Assembly: GCA_001643675.2 (NCBI GenBank)
Contig: LSRY02000046.1
Coordinates: 682,001-746,000, forward strand
Length of the DNA: 64,000 nucleotides
DNA from: Monocercomonoides exilis PA203
Lineage: Eukaryota; Protista; Preaxostyla
Direction of reading: 5' to 3'
The notes beneath the pieces are model-generated. The model made no database searches, had not been told where the DNA came from, and saw only the letters and a program-made list of their open reading frames with translations. The position numbers were made by a program, and so were the translations under genes. How positions within the stretch are numbered: position 1 is the first letter of the stretch; each line of letters starts with the position of its first letter. Below, piece by piece: positions 11,701 to 25,335 of this stretch.

Positions 11701-14700
11701 TCAAGTCCACAGGCTCCTCTTCCACCTCGTCAATCCCATATATCCCGTTCCCCCGGATATACACCTCTGCACGTAGATCCATCTTGAACTGGCTTTCGTT
11801 TATCTGCCTGCTGATATTCACACACTCAATAAACACATCCCTCCCAACATGCGCCTTGTTTCCACTCAGCTTCACCCCCTCAAACACAAAGCCCAGATCT
11901 CCCCGAAGCTCACTCCACAAATACACTCCTCCGCCTCTCCCAACTGCCTCGCTGCACTCACACTCCACAATCCTCCCATCCTTCACCAGAATATTCCCTC
12001 CTTCATTCAGCTTCAGCAGCATCCCTCCCCCTTTGCTGCTCCCTCTCGCCTTGCACGATTCAAACACACTTCCATTCACCACCACTTTCACACCCCCGCT
12101 GCACACACTCTCCAACACACTCGGCCCATCATCCTCTCGCTCAACCATCACAAACTCTGTTCCGTTCATAACCACACTTGTTGCCTCATGCTCATCAGCC
12201 CCGTTGCTCCCTCCTTCAACAGCAATCCCACTTCCTCCTAAATGCGTCTCAAACTCCATCTTCACTTTCTCCAGCGTGCAGCTCACACCTTCAAATACCA
12301 CAATCCCAGACCCTCTCATCCTTATTCTCTCAAATGTCACCTTCTTCATCATCAAGCTTCCTGCCTTCACAACCACAAAAGACGGGCTCCTCCCATTTTC
12401 AGGCACTTCGCTCACCACTCTGCATCCCTCAAATTCAACTGCTTTTCCTCTCCCGCTCACAACCTCCTTTTTCTCTGCCCCAACAGATACACCAATCACG
12501 ATCTTCAGATTCTTCACACAAAATGTCTCCTCGCATCTCACAAACCACTCCTCGCCTCCTTCGCTCTTCCCACAAAACAGCAGCATGTCTTTGCTTTCCT
12601 CTTCATCTTCCCTTCCACCTCCCCTCCAAGTTACATTCGCCAAGTCCCATTCATCCTCCACTCTCCCAAGCTCCATCACAACCACCTCTTTCATCTCTCT
12701 TGTATTCTCAAGCTGTCCCATCCCTTTCCACATTGAAAAGCACTGATCGTCCTCGCTCCCACACCTTTTCACATCTTCTCCACTCCCACAAACATGAATC
12801 TTCTTCGAGCTGTATCCTACAACATATCGCAGAAGATCCCTCTCTTCTGCCCCCTCTTCTCTCCCTTTCTTTCCCACAAACTCATTCTCGCTCTCCATCA
12901 ACCCTGACAAGTCAAATGCAAACGAATCTCCTGAAGCACTCTTGTTCAGATCTCCTCCAACCACAAACACACTCTTTCCTCTATGTGCCTGATTCCCTTT
13001 CAAGCTCACATCCTTCAGCTGAAATGGCTGATCTGCCACTGATGCAAGACTGTCCACAAACAGAAACCCACCATGCCCACTTGTCGCAGAACACTCACAC
13101 TCCCATCCATCTGTTCTGTTCAGCATCAGTGCTTGTGCGTCTGCCAACGTCACCTTCAATCCTCCCCCTTCCTCCCCATCTCGCCTCTTCATCCCCACGA
13201 TTCTGCACTCTTCAAACACCCCACTCGAATAGATATCAAACGGACACACTGAAAACCTCCCACTCTCAATCGTGCACGAAACCATGTGAACACTCCCACC
13301 CTTCGCCTTCAGCACTCCATATCTCACACCATCCAAACTCCCAAGCACAAACAGACATTCCTGCATGCCCAATATTCCACTCTCACTTTCAGAATACAGC
13401 ACAGCTTCTTGCCCCCTTTCCAACACAGCAGGAAGACAAAACTCCACTTTCTCAAACCCTGCTGTCTTCCTGTTTTCAAACACCCATTTCCCATCTCCTC
13501 CTTTCACTTCCATCCCCACCTCCACAACACTCACTTCTCCTTCAACACTTGATTCAACAACAATCCCTGAAACATCCTCCCAGTCTCCCACTTTGGCTCT
13601 TCCTTTGATCTTGATTCTCCCGCCTTCACTCCCATCCCGATCAACGTTATTCACTCCTCTCCACAAACTCTTGCATGGCAAACTCCCATTCCCACACCCC
13701 ACCATGTCACACCCTTCCTCGCTCACATGCACCTCCCTCCACTTCCACTCCACCAGAAACACACACAAGTTCACATGCCTCTCCACAAATCTCACTCTGT
13801 CCACTCCCTGCATATCCACTATTTCTCTTCCTTCTTCGTTCGTCACACGCAGCCCAAATCTCTCTGCAGTCACAGTTTCGTTCAAGTCCCTGCAATCTAA
13901 AAACATATCTCTCCCATATGCTCCCGAGTTCTGCAGAAACACAATCCCCTCAAAACGGATCATCCCACTTGTCCTGTTGTCCACATACACAAAAACCCCT
14001 CCCCCTCTCCCACTCTCCTCATTCACGCTGCACTGCTCCACCTCTCCATTCACAAACTCAAAACTTCCCCCCTCATCCACCACCCATTTCATCCCTCCTC
14101 CATCCCCAAACACCGATCTGCACCCATTAAACACATTCCCTTCCTCAATCTCAACACGCTGCGCCTTCTTCATCTCCATCACCCCTCCTCGCTTCACCTC
14201 CACATCCACAATATTCCCCCTCCACATCCCAAACTTAATCCCTTCTTCCCCTTCAATCAGACTCTTCCCCTTTCCAACAATCTTCGATATGTTCGTGTTG
14301 TTCATGTGAAACACTCCACCTTTCACAGCCCCAATCCCTCCTTCACCTGAGAACATCATCCCTTCCACAACAACCTGCTCCATTCGCACTTCTCCTCCAA
14401 CCTCATCCACAATCCTCATTCCCGTCTCCTCCTTTTCCCCACCTCCTGCCCCAAACTTGCAGTTCATAACCATCATCACCCCAACGCAAATCCGTAATGC
14501 CCCACTGTTTCCTTCTCCTCCAACCCTTGGCAGCTTGAACCTCAATCTGTTCAATACCAGTGTTGTTTGTCCATCTCCCTCATCCTGAACAAAGCACCCC
14601 CATTCCCCAAATTCTAAAAGACTATCCCCATTTCTCCCCCGAACAGCCAGCGATATCCCTTTTCGGTTGATCTCGCTCTCAATGCTGTTTTCGTTGTTGA

Positions 14701-17700
14701 TCTGGATCGTCGTTTTGTCATCTCCCATGTGCCCAAACCCATCTGCAAACTTGTCACACGGTGACACCTCGCTTCCACAGGTGTCTGCCACTGTGCTCCT
14801 CCCTGCCTCAACAAACACAATCACCCCCTCAGACGGGAAAAGATACTTCTTCACCGACAGATCAATCATCGTGTCTGTCAACGAGTCCACCACCCACACA
14901 TTCTCCTCTGGAGTGCTCTCCTCATCCACTGACCCCATCCACAGATCCTCCCGCAGCATCACATCCGGATCACCACTCACAACAAACACATCCATCCCCT
15001 TTGCTGCAGCATTCTCTTTGAACACATCCCCCTTCATCGAGTATCCCGCCTCCACATCCTCAAACTCCACAAACACCCCTCCTCCATATCCCTTGGTTCC
15101 CACCACTGCACACTTCTCCACTCTGTTCAAGTCAAACACAAACTTCCCCTTCCTTCCCACACTCACCATCACACCTCCTCCACATGACGGATTCCCCACA
15201 CACTTCCCTTCCATCACTGTGCAGTTCTTCACCTCCACTTTTTTCTCCTCCCCAACCCTCCCTGCAAACACCCCTCCATCCCCACTCCTCCGAGTCACAT
15301 TCGTCAAGCTGCTGTTCCGAACTGTCGCCTCTGCTCCAGAATCAAATTCTAACACACTCCCGCCATCCACCACAATCTCATCTACTGAACTGTTTTCCAT
15401 CGTTAGCACCGAATACACACTCGCCAAAATCAGTCCACTTTCTGCTTCGCTCCTCACATCCTCCATTTCCAACTCCAAAAACACTCCTTCCCCTCCCCTC
15501 ACCTCAAACACTTCCACCCCTCCAAAACTCATCTTCTCCATCCTCATCCCCCGAACCTCCACCTTTCCCCCAATCGCCTTCAACACACAAAACTCAACTT
15601 TTTCTGTGGGCATTCTTTGCTGCACACTGCACCTTTTCATCTCCAGCACTTCTCCTTTGCAGGCAAACAAGCAATCCCTTTTCACTTTTATGAATCTCGA
15701 TGGAATCGAAAACGACAAATTCGCCATCACCACATTCACCGTTGTTTCCACAAGCCCTTCTCCTTCCCCTTCTCCTTCTCCACTCACCACCACATTTGTC
15801 AATCCTTCCGTCTCAACCCCTTTCAAGCTCACCTTCTGCAATCCCACCGATTCATGGTTTTTCAGTTCGAACGATCCCATCACAATTATCTCTGCAGTTT
15901 CCACACTTGATCCAGCAAATCGAGTCTTCACCACTCCCCCAATCGTCTCGCATGGTGCATATACAACTCCACACCCTGAATGATCAAACCCAAAATCCTC
16001 TGCTCCTCCAACATACCCACTCCCCACAAATTCATCCAGATACGCATCAAGCGGAATCCCAAATCTTTCATCCGTCGTCATTCTCTCATACCCCATCAGA
16101 TCCCTCAGCTCCATTCCTTCTTTCTCAAAAGCAAACCTCTCCTTCTTCACGATTTCACTCAGATCCTTCCCATCAACAAACACATTTCTCCCCATCCAGC
16201 CCTTGCAACCACTGAACTCCACTCCCTCCAACACAAAATCACATGTCTCCTCACAACACAATATGAATATTCCTCCTCCAAGTCCTCTTTCCCTTTCTCT
16301 TTCTCCATCTGGCACACTGCACCCCAGAAACTTTGCTTTCTTCATCAGCACACTTGCGCACGAACCTTCACAGACCATCATCCCTCCTCCTCGAACTCCT
16401 CCTTCTCCTTCGCATCCACTCTCAAATGTGCTGTTTTCCACACACACTTCCTCCCTCTCATTGCCCCTGCTCAACACTTCAAAGCATCCTCCATCACCGC
16501 CATTGTGCACAACTCTCCCAAACACACTGTTGTTCACAACCATCTTCCTCGCCTCCTCAACAGCAAATGGCACAACACCAAACTCCACTTTTCCGCTCCC
16601 CTCAATCACAAACTCCTCCAGACAGACTTTACCTCCTTCAACATTCACCAGATGATACAACACCACAAACCCTGCACTTTCTGATTCAAACTGAACTCCA
16701 CACCATTTCATCCCCAAATCCCCTCCAACACTTTCGATCAAACACTCTGTCCCGCCAAGAGATCCTGGCACACATATTGTGCAGTTCGTCATCTGTGTCT
16801 CTGTGCTCGTCTTCACAATTCCTTTTTCTCTGTTTCCATCCCCAGCAACCACCTCCACCTGCGTTCCTTTTCTGACACACCACACATCCCATTTCTCTCC
16901 GCTCATCTCCACTCCCTCTTCCCACAGAAACCCTTCCTCCACAATAATCTGCTTCCTCCCCTCTTTGAATCGCAATGACACAAGCTTCTCGATCGTCCTG
17001 CACCCATACCCTTCAAATCCACACACACTGAAATCTCGTGCATTCTCTCCTCCAACAAACCCTGCCACTCCTTCAACACTGATAAAATAAAATGAAAGCG
17101 GAATCACATATCTCTCCTCCTCCCCTTCAAGCCCCATCGCTTCATGGTCTCTTCCCCGATCTGCCTTCACCACATTCACAAGCTGCACTCCTCCAACAGC
17201 CTTCATAAGATCCTCTCCCCACACAAACACATTGTCTCCCCCGCATTCTGCCTTGTTTGCTGCTCCTCCCTCCCCAAACACAACATTTCTCACTTCATAT
17301 CCATATCCCCCATCCCTCACACACTTCACAAACAAACCTCCTCCAAACCCACCAACCCCACTCTCCCCATCTGCACCTTCCCCTCTCTTGCTCTCACACT
17401 TTTCAATCGTTGTTTCGCTCTCACTCCTTCCCATCTCAAACACCCCTCCTCCACTTATCTCCACAGACACACCACCTCCACATCCATTCCTTGCAATGCA
17501 CCCAATGAAACTGTTGTTCCAAACTCTTCCCTCTTTCCCTTCTCCAATCACACACCTTATCCCACTCCCATCTCCTCCTTTGCTCCATATCCCACTGAAT
17601 GTGCACTCTCTGACCTCCAGCCTCCTCCCTCCCTCCCCAACCAATATCCCACCCTCCTCAACCTCCACTCCCTCAAACACAGTCCGCTCCACCAGAAACT

Positions 17701-20700
17701 CCCCACTCGATCTATGCCACACCATTCCACCAGCGCATGCAACTCTTCCCCCTGTGATGTTCCCCTGGCTCATCACCCCTCCTCCTGCACCTTCCACCCC
17801 AATCACACACCTCCCCTCAAAACTCAGCCCATCAATCCGAAGCTGCTTCACATTCACACTGCCTCCACTGCACATCACCAGCACATACCCAATCGTAATC
17901 CCTTCTCCTCCTTCAAACTTGCACTGCTGCACTTCCAGACTCCCGCTTTCGCACATTATCAGGCATCTCCCTGCTCCCACACTCCCCGGAATCGACATCA
18001 GAAGATTCACAAACGATGCTTTTGCTCTCGTCGTGATCATCCCATCTGTCACACCATCCTCATTCCTTCCAATCTCCACTCGAGGCTGCGAAGTCTGCCC
18101 TTTCACTACAACTGTCCCCCTCGACACCAAAACATCCTTCTTCAGCACTGCACCGTGGCTCGCCGCAACCGTCACCCCAGACACACTCCCATGCGTCTCA
18201 ATCGCATAGTCCACACTCATGCACTGCATGTCCACAAACCCACACATCTCCCAGTCCTTTTTGTTTGTTCCCCCAACAAAGTATTCCAAAGGCTTCTCCC
18301 GAAGATACGCAACCAGCGGGATCACATTCTCTTCGTCGCTGCCTTCAAACCCACACAGCTCGATCAGGTTCAATTCGTCAGTCTGGAACTTCAACCGCTC
18401 TCTGTTCACCACTTCCTTCAGCTTGTGTGCCTTTATAAACACCATCGTCCCTCCCACACTCGCGTTGCACCCAGAAAACCTCACTTTTTCCAGCGCAAAG
18501 TCTTCTGCCCCTTCCTTCAGCTCCAGAATCACTCCTCCTCCATGGCCTCCTCCATTTCCTCCCTTGTTTGCTCTGCACTCCTCAAACACTGTTTCCATCC
18601 CCTTCCCAACTCTCACTTTCGATCCTGTTCCCATCTCCACTCTTATCCCTCCTCCATCCCCGCTCTCGCATCGGCACTCTCTCATCGTCACATTTGTTAT
18701 TTCAAGCTCTTCCTCAAAACACAACACTCGAGACATCACGCTCCCATCACCCTCCAGCCGAACAACATTCAAAAACTCCACATTCGACAAATTCACATGT
18801 GACCCGCACCCCTGCCCCAGAACTCCAATATTTCCCATGAATACCCCAGAAATTACAACGTATTCCATCTCCAACTCCCCACCTCCAGCTTCTATTCCGA
18901 ACAGACCCACTTCAAATCCACTCATTCCAGAACTCCATTCAGATCCTCGCACTTCAATCCGCCTCATCTCCACTTTCCCTCCTCCTTTGATCAATACCAC
19001 TCCAATCCTCATCTTGGCATGCGAATGCTCAATCGCCAACGATCTCAATCGCATGCTTCCACTTCCCACACAAAACAGGCTTCTTCCGCTTGTCATCTTC
19101 CCAGTGCTGACCACTGTCTTATCCACACCCTCTCCGCACACACAAACACATCGACTTCCAACTCCAATTTCTCCTTCCTCGGACAAGTGCTTTCCGCTTC
19201 CAACATATATCTTCGCCTCAAATTGTGTCATGCATTTTCCAAATGAATGCCTTATTGTTCGGCACCCTGCTTCTTCCTTCAATCCACATAATTGCACCGC
19301 ATCATTCCCATTTGTTGCAACAAAACAGCTTGTAATCTGCACTTTCGATGTTGGCAACCATCCACTTTCGTATTTTCCTGTAGCAGACCAATATAACCGT
19401 TTTTCGTTTGTGTTTGTGGAATAACATTCCTTCAGTGGGCATGAAGTGATATTTACTTCTGGATATGATTGAAGAATGCACATATCATGTCCAAGAGGAC
19501 TTTCAATACTTGTGCAAGAACATTCGTGGAAAAACAAAAAGAAAAAAGCCGTAATGCTTGATTGGTCACCAGAATAGACAACAAAATGATGGCGAATTGC
19601 TCCACCTTCTCTAACACTTGTGCATTTCACAAATTGACAGCTTCTTATTGCAAAATAAGTTGTGTATGACCATGCTATTATTGTACCATGATAACCGTTG
19701 TTTTTGCAATTCACAAACTGACAATCAATAATTTGTGCTTGCCCTCCATTTCCATCATTTGATCCCAAACACTCCAAAGGCAATTGAGAAAAACCTCCAT
19801 TCCAATAAACTGCACTTCCACCGCTTTCATAGATAATAGAATTCTTAAATAAGCACCTTTGAAGAATTGAGCACTCAACATTAGAAATTTTTTGAATGCA
19901 TCCTGCAGTTTTAGCTGAATTGTTAATAAACAGCGTTTCGGTTATTTCCGTATTTCTAACAAGCGATTCCGCGATTGCTCCTCCATTCAGCGCATAACAG
20001 TTTGTGAAGCTGCATCGCATCACGTTCAGTGACACTTCAGATGAGTTGACAAACAGCGCCCCTCCGTTCCCCTCGTCCGCTCTGCATCCTGTGAACGTGT
20101 CATCCTCAAACGATGCAGACCCTCCAACAACAATCCTTCCATCGGCTCCACTGTAATCTGCATATTTGTTTGACTTCCGCATGCACCGCTCAAAAGAGCA
20201 GTTGAACGACAACAGAAGCGATGAAGGCTCATTTATTGATTCTGTTATCGCTCCATCAACCACATCATCAACATTCACAAAAACAACACTCCTCATTGTT
20301 GTTTCACATCCATGCCAATCTCCTTGCCTGCCTTTCTGCCATTCATCCCCAGTGATATTTTCAAATCTCGTCTGGCTCACTTCCAAAGTTCCCACCGTTC
20401 CCCCAACAAGGAATGGAGCTCCAGTTCCCAATCTCAACGAGCCAAACAAGCAATCTGTCACACTCACTTCTCCATTAAATCCCTCTTGCTCCACATTCCT
20501 TGGACGATCAAACAAAGATGGCATCTTCCCACAAACATTTCCTGCCCTCGTGCTGACATTCACCAAAAGCACCCTTCCCCCAAAAAGTCTAAATGGAGAA
20601 ACATCAGACGATAAAACTGAAACTTCTGTATTCAACAGTGCCAACTCAGACTTTTCTTCAATTTCAAACAAGAATAACTCTTTCATTCCACAAATATGCA

Positions 20701-21130
20701 CATCGCTCATTGAAACAGATGAATTCACAACAAATGTGCATGCGCAAATCTGATTTTTTCCATTCATCTCCTTTCCCAAAAATCTTACAAAACCATTCAT
20801 TGCACAAATGTCTTCATTTCCCTTTCCGAATTCTCCATTGACATTTGCCTTTTGTTCTTTCGATATTTCAAAAAAGTCTTTTTCCTCTTTTTCTGCCACA
20901 TTTCCTTCGCACATTTCCAATTTCTTTCTCTCCTCCTCAAAGCGGCTCTTTGATATTCCTTCTTTTTCGCCTTCAACCAATTTTGCACAACAAAACTCCT
21001 TTCTTCCAATCCTGGATTTTTTCTCATTTTCTGCTCTTTCTGATGCACTCTCCGTCCCCTCGCATCCAGCTATTACAACCAGAAGCAGCAAACAGATCAT
21101 TCTTGCATTCCTTCCTGAGATGAGGCGCAT
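8714..21130 (-). CDS. Giant single-pass receptor-like protein (about 4,140 codons): signal peptide, about 8 Cys/Gly-rich beta-helix modules, TM helix, tyrosine-kinase-like pseudokinase tail; one in-frame TAG at 10487-10489
   Basis: ORFs 10487-21343 and 8714-10486 are in the same frame and abut. Signal-like MICLLLLVVIAGCEG (ATG at 21130 or 21100), repeated CGx4-5Cx(T/S) and GGG/GxDVF motifs, TM YWLLIVIVLVILLLIVLIVSIILAV, and kinase C-lobe LRWKAPE...SVVFSIGMMLWECLT..PF. No HRD or DFG motif is visible. Confidence 0.85.
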
Positions 21131-21449
21131 CACCTTTTGTTTTCTTTTTGAATTCAAATTTTTTTCTTTTCTTCTGTGATCTTCATATAATATTTTAATC
21201 ATAATATCGAATAAAAAAAAGTGAATGAAGCAAAAGAAGGATTTATTTTCTCTTGAATCACACATTATAATTTTTTTAAAAAAATTACATTGAAAAAGAA
21301 AAAAATGCAAAGCAGAAAAGAAAAAGAAACAATATATAACCATTGAAAAATGTGAGAGCTTTGTGAGAAATTTTGTTTGCTTTTGAAAAACAAAGATGAA
21401 AGCGAAAATGAAAATTCACTTATCAGCATGTACGATTATCAATCAACAC

Positions 21450-22520
21450 AACAATCATCAAATCAGGCATACTTCTTTTCCCTTCAATTATCCGGCTTTG
21501 TTCAATGGAAAAAAAGGAAGTTTCATTCATATGTGTCTCCCCTCATCCGCTGCACCTTCTTCAAAGCCGTCTTTCGCATGTCATCAGCCAAAGCATGCTG
21601 AAATACATCATTCAAACGCATCCCAGCAGCAATCCTTTCCGTCAATAGTTTATCATCTTTTTCTTTGCAATCATTAAATCCAAAAATCAAAACTTCACAA
21701 AAGAAAGGAAAAAATGAATGCAAAAATACATTCGCATCATATTTTTTAAATGAACAAATAAAAAAATAACAAATCCAACAAGCATACAGATTCAACCAAA
21801 TTCTAGTTCCATTTGTTCAGCAATTCATTGTTGATAAAAAAAACATCTTTTTCAATTGAATTTCATTTGCTTCGCTCTTTCTTTCCACTTCCTGTGCAAC
21901 ATCATTTATCATAAACCCTTGAGCCAGAGATTCTCAAGCAATGGAACTCGCTGCGCCAAAACGTCTTGCTCAGCTTTCCCTTGGATAGCTCAGAAATATC
22001 TCGTGAAACGGAACATCCCCAACAAGCTGCGCAGTTGCCGCACAGAAGCTTGCTGCTGAAAGACATCCAGAAGCTGCACAAAGCTTAGGCAGAGATCTGT
22101 GTGCAGTTCATCCAATGATCCCATCGCATGTTGTGCATTGAATATTATTTTGTGAATTTCATAAAAAATTTTTTTTTCAAATGATTTGGGCGTTGTATGA
22201 CAATAGACGACCATTCATAAAAAGTCAATTCAAAAAATGTTGCAGCAAACATGTCCTCCATTTTCGGCTCGTCCACCTGCGTGTGCCGCTCATATTTTGC
22301 ATCTGGCCGAAAAATAACCTGCAAAGGCACAAAATGCACAGAAATATTTCTGAGGGAATAAGGTCAGCATACATTCGCGCTTTCTTGTGCAGTCTGCTCC
22401 GCGCTGTCCAGAGGCGGCATATCCACAAAGACTCTCTAAATGTTGTTTTAAAATGCGCCTTTTCAGCAGCCAACACAAAACAAGGCACGCCCTCACCTTC
22501 TCCAAGCTTTCTTTCTTAAT
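21450..22520 (+). pseudogene. Possible degraded ARM-like gene remnant
   Basis: GC-richer patches with protein-like translations (IIKSGILLFPSIIRLC; IAQKYLVKRNIPNKL) interrupted by stops and frameshifts; no continuous ORF. Confidence 0.2.
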
Positions 22521-23337
22521 ATTCAAACTCATTCACGCTGGTTTTGTTGATATATATTTGCTCACTTTTCTTGGAATCGACTAAGAAATCTTTTCAAAAT
22601 TGAGATCAAATACCAAAACATAAACATTTCAAATTAAATTTTGAAAAAATCTATTTTTAAATACTTTTAAAAAATTGGTTGGTGGACTTTGAGAATTCTT
22701 TTTGAAAATCAAGAATAATAATGTGCATTAGGGATAATACATAGTTCAATTTTCCTTTTCCATCAAAAAAGTTTTCTATGTTCAATTTTGAATTCCGTAA
22801 TTATTATAATACATCGTATATTCTTCTCTTATAGCATCTTTGCTATCTTATTGAAAGAGGAAGAAAGCTTATTAAATATCAAGATTTCTCTGCGAATTGT
22901 GACAGCAACTAACATTCAAATAACAAACACAAAATCCGAAATAGAACTTTCAAAAATTAAACAAAAAAATAATTGAATAGAAAGATTTAAAAATCAAAAA
23001 AACTCAATGTTGTTATGATGTGGTGAATTAAAACTGCTAGAAAAACAACATTCTCGAGGACTTGCAAATTTTTCATTTGTGCAAATTCACTCGAATATTA
23101 TTAAACAAAAGAGAATAAATCAAACAAACAAAAAAATTGAGAATTGAAAAAAATCTTGAAGAACTTCTCGTTTAATAAGAACTTTTCATGAATTCGAATA
23201 TATAAATCTCCACGAACAAAAACATTAAGCGTTAAAAACATTTCAACTTTACAATGGAAAAAAACAAATTGATTTTCGAAACATTGAAAGGATCAGAAAA
23301 CATAAGTTACTAAGAACAAACAGATTGAACAACCTAC

Positions 23338-24440
23338 TCATCTCTTTATTAAAACAGAGAGAATGAGAACAAGAAAAATTGAAAGGAGATACAAAAAAGA
23401 GGTCATATGAACGCTTGCAGAGGAATCAGAAGAACGCAAAGATTTATTATCAAACGGAGCAGGAGAATGCAAAGTTGTTTGGGGAATACTTTGATCATTC
23501 GAAGTTTCTTTCGAAATAGGCAAAGAAAACTCGTTGCAGGAGTTAGCTCCATTGCTCCTATTATTGCATTCATCCTCTTTTATATCTCTTTCTCTAATAT
23601 CTCCCTCTTTTCTCTTCTGAACATTGCTGAAATTCTGCGTTCGACAGAAATTGTCAATAGCTTCGTCTGCAGTCCATTTCAATCGTGCATTCTGTGATTC
23701 AAAATCGCAAAGTTGCATCGAATGCTGCTCGGACTGCTGTGTGTGCTGATTTGACACAAGCAACGCCTCGTTCCAGGCAGCTGACGGCAGATTTGCCTTT
23801 GCTTTCGCCCATTTTTTCTTTCGGTCGCTTTTTTTCTCCTTTATCGTGTTGCTGTTGCTGTTATTGTTGCTAAAACTTGGAATTGTCTTGCCTGAAATGC
23901 TGCTTTCGCTTCCTTTGATTAAGCGAGAGGCAGAAAAAGGTGTTGAAATAGCTGAGGGTGGCTGCTGAACTGTTACAAGAGAATCATCAACTTCTTCTCC
24001 AAAAATATCGTTGAATTCATTTTGGTCAGAACATTCTTCTTCTCCCTCGCCATCGCTTTGCCATTCGTTGTCTCTTTTCCCTCTAATTTTCTCTTCCTTC
24101 TCTCCAAACGCTTCTCTGATAGCCAGCTCCTGCTCCATGTCTGCATCCATCTCATCGCCAATCTGCACAGCAATCGCCGAAGACGGGGCAGCAGTCAGAA
24201 AGGCCTTGATTTTGTTCAGCTGCTGCAACGAAGCTGCGTTGAGATCGAGAAAAGTGTGGCTCTTGAGGCAGCAACGCGAATGGAGTGACTCAAAACATAC
24301 ACGACAAAAGGGCGCTTTGTATCGATGGTCGAAAAATTCATCAAAAAGAGATTGAGAAGAAGAAGAAGAAGAATTATAATAACCCTTAATAACCATTATA
24401 ACGAAAAGGAAGCGTTTTCCCCACAGAATCCAAAGTGGTT
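23338..24440 (-). pseudogene. B-box-like zinc-finger gene, probably degenerate or partial
   Basis: 352-codon ORF containing FCRVCFESLHSRCCLKSHTF (second half of a B-box, CxxC...H...H) followed by acidic and low-complexity sequence. The upstream half (CGENAS/FRYNGY*) is frameshifted and contains a stop. Confidence 0.45.
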
Positions 24441-25335
24441 TTGCAGAAATTGAATGAAGAAAGAATGAAAAGGTGATTAAAATGCAAATCGAACAGTTGC
24501 ACTTTATGAAGAAGCGGTTAAAATGTTGCTCAAAGAAGAATCCGGAGATTAGAAAGCCAAGGTATTAAGTGGATTCAAAGAAGATTCAGAGAAGAAGGCT
24601 TTTCTGTTGGAAAAAAATGTTGAAAATAGAAAAAACGAAGGATGAAGGAGATGGCAAAAATGAAGTTCTTGTATTCTGTTGAAACAAAAAAAATATGAGT
24701 AAAAAAGATTCTCTGAATTATTCAAAGGAATTACATCTGAACAAATAGTGTTTCCAGAACAAGAATAAATGCATTTGTCGCTCTTCCTTTTTCGATTGAA
24801 TAGAACCCAAATAATGAGATGAATTAATTTAATTTGGCTCAAGTTCTTGTTTTCAGTTGAATTAGAAGCCATAAAACGCTTGCAGGTTTCAATGATGTTT
24901 CTCATTGAAAAGTTGCTTTTGTAATCACTTTCTTCCTTTCTCGTTTAAACTGGTAAAATGGCTTTTCTGTTGAAGTTGCAACATAATTCTTAACAAAAAA
25001 TTCATTATCTGCATCATCTTTTGTAGTTTCTTCTCCAATATTAGAACAAAGCTGCTTCATTTAAAAAGCAAATAATAATCACAATCTTTGCTTCATCTTT
25101 AATTTCTTTTGGTTCGATCAAAGAGATACAAAAGATTTCTATATCAAGACTTGTACAACCTATTCTTGTGCTTCTTTCCACTTTCTTTTGAACTTCTTTT
25201 TATAAAAACAAAAACAAAACAGTTTGTATCGTGCTCCCATACCTTTTACAAGAAAATTAACTATATTTTTATAACAATTTTATTTTTTTTACAAATCAAA
25301 CTTTGCTCCGTTTGAATATTTTTGTTAATAGCATA

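Noticed and set aside
10497-21179. Many long plus-strand ORFs rich in Pro/Ser/Thr/His
   Set aside because: They are antisense shadows of the G/T-skewed receptor coding strand and show no independent motifs.
21131-21343. N-terminal extension of the 3618-aa ORF
   Set aside because: The sequence is AT-rich and UTR-like; the signal-peptide-like segment begins at the ATGs at 21130/21100.
22729-22790. TA|GGGATAATAC with a repeated GTTCAATTTT, resembling a transposon end
   Set aside because: No matching inverted partner was found in the window.
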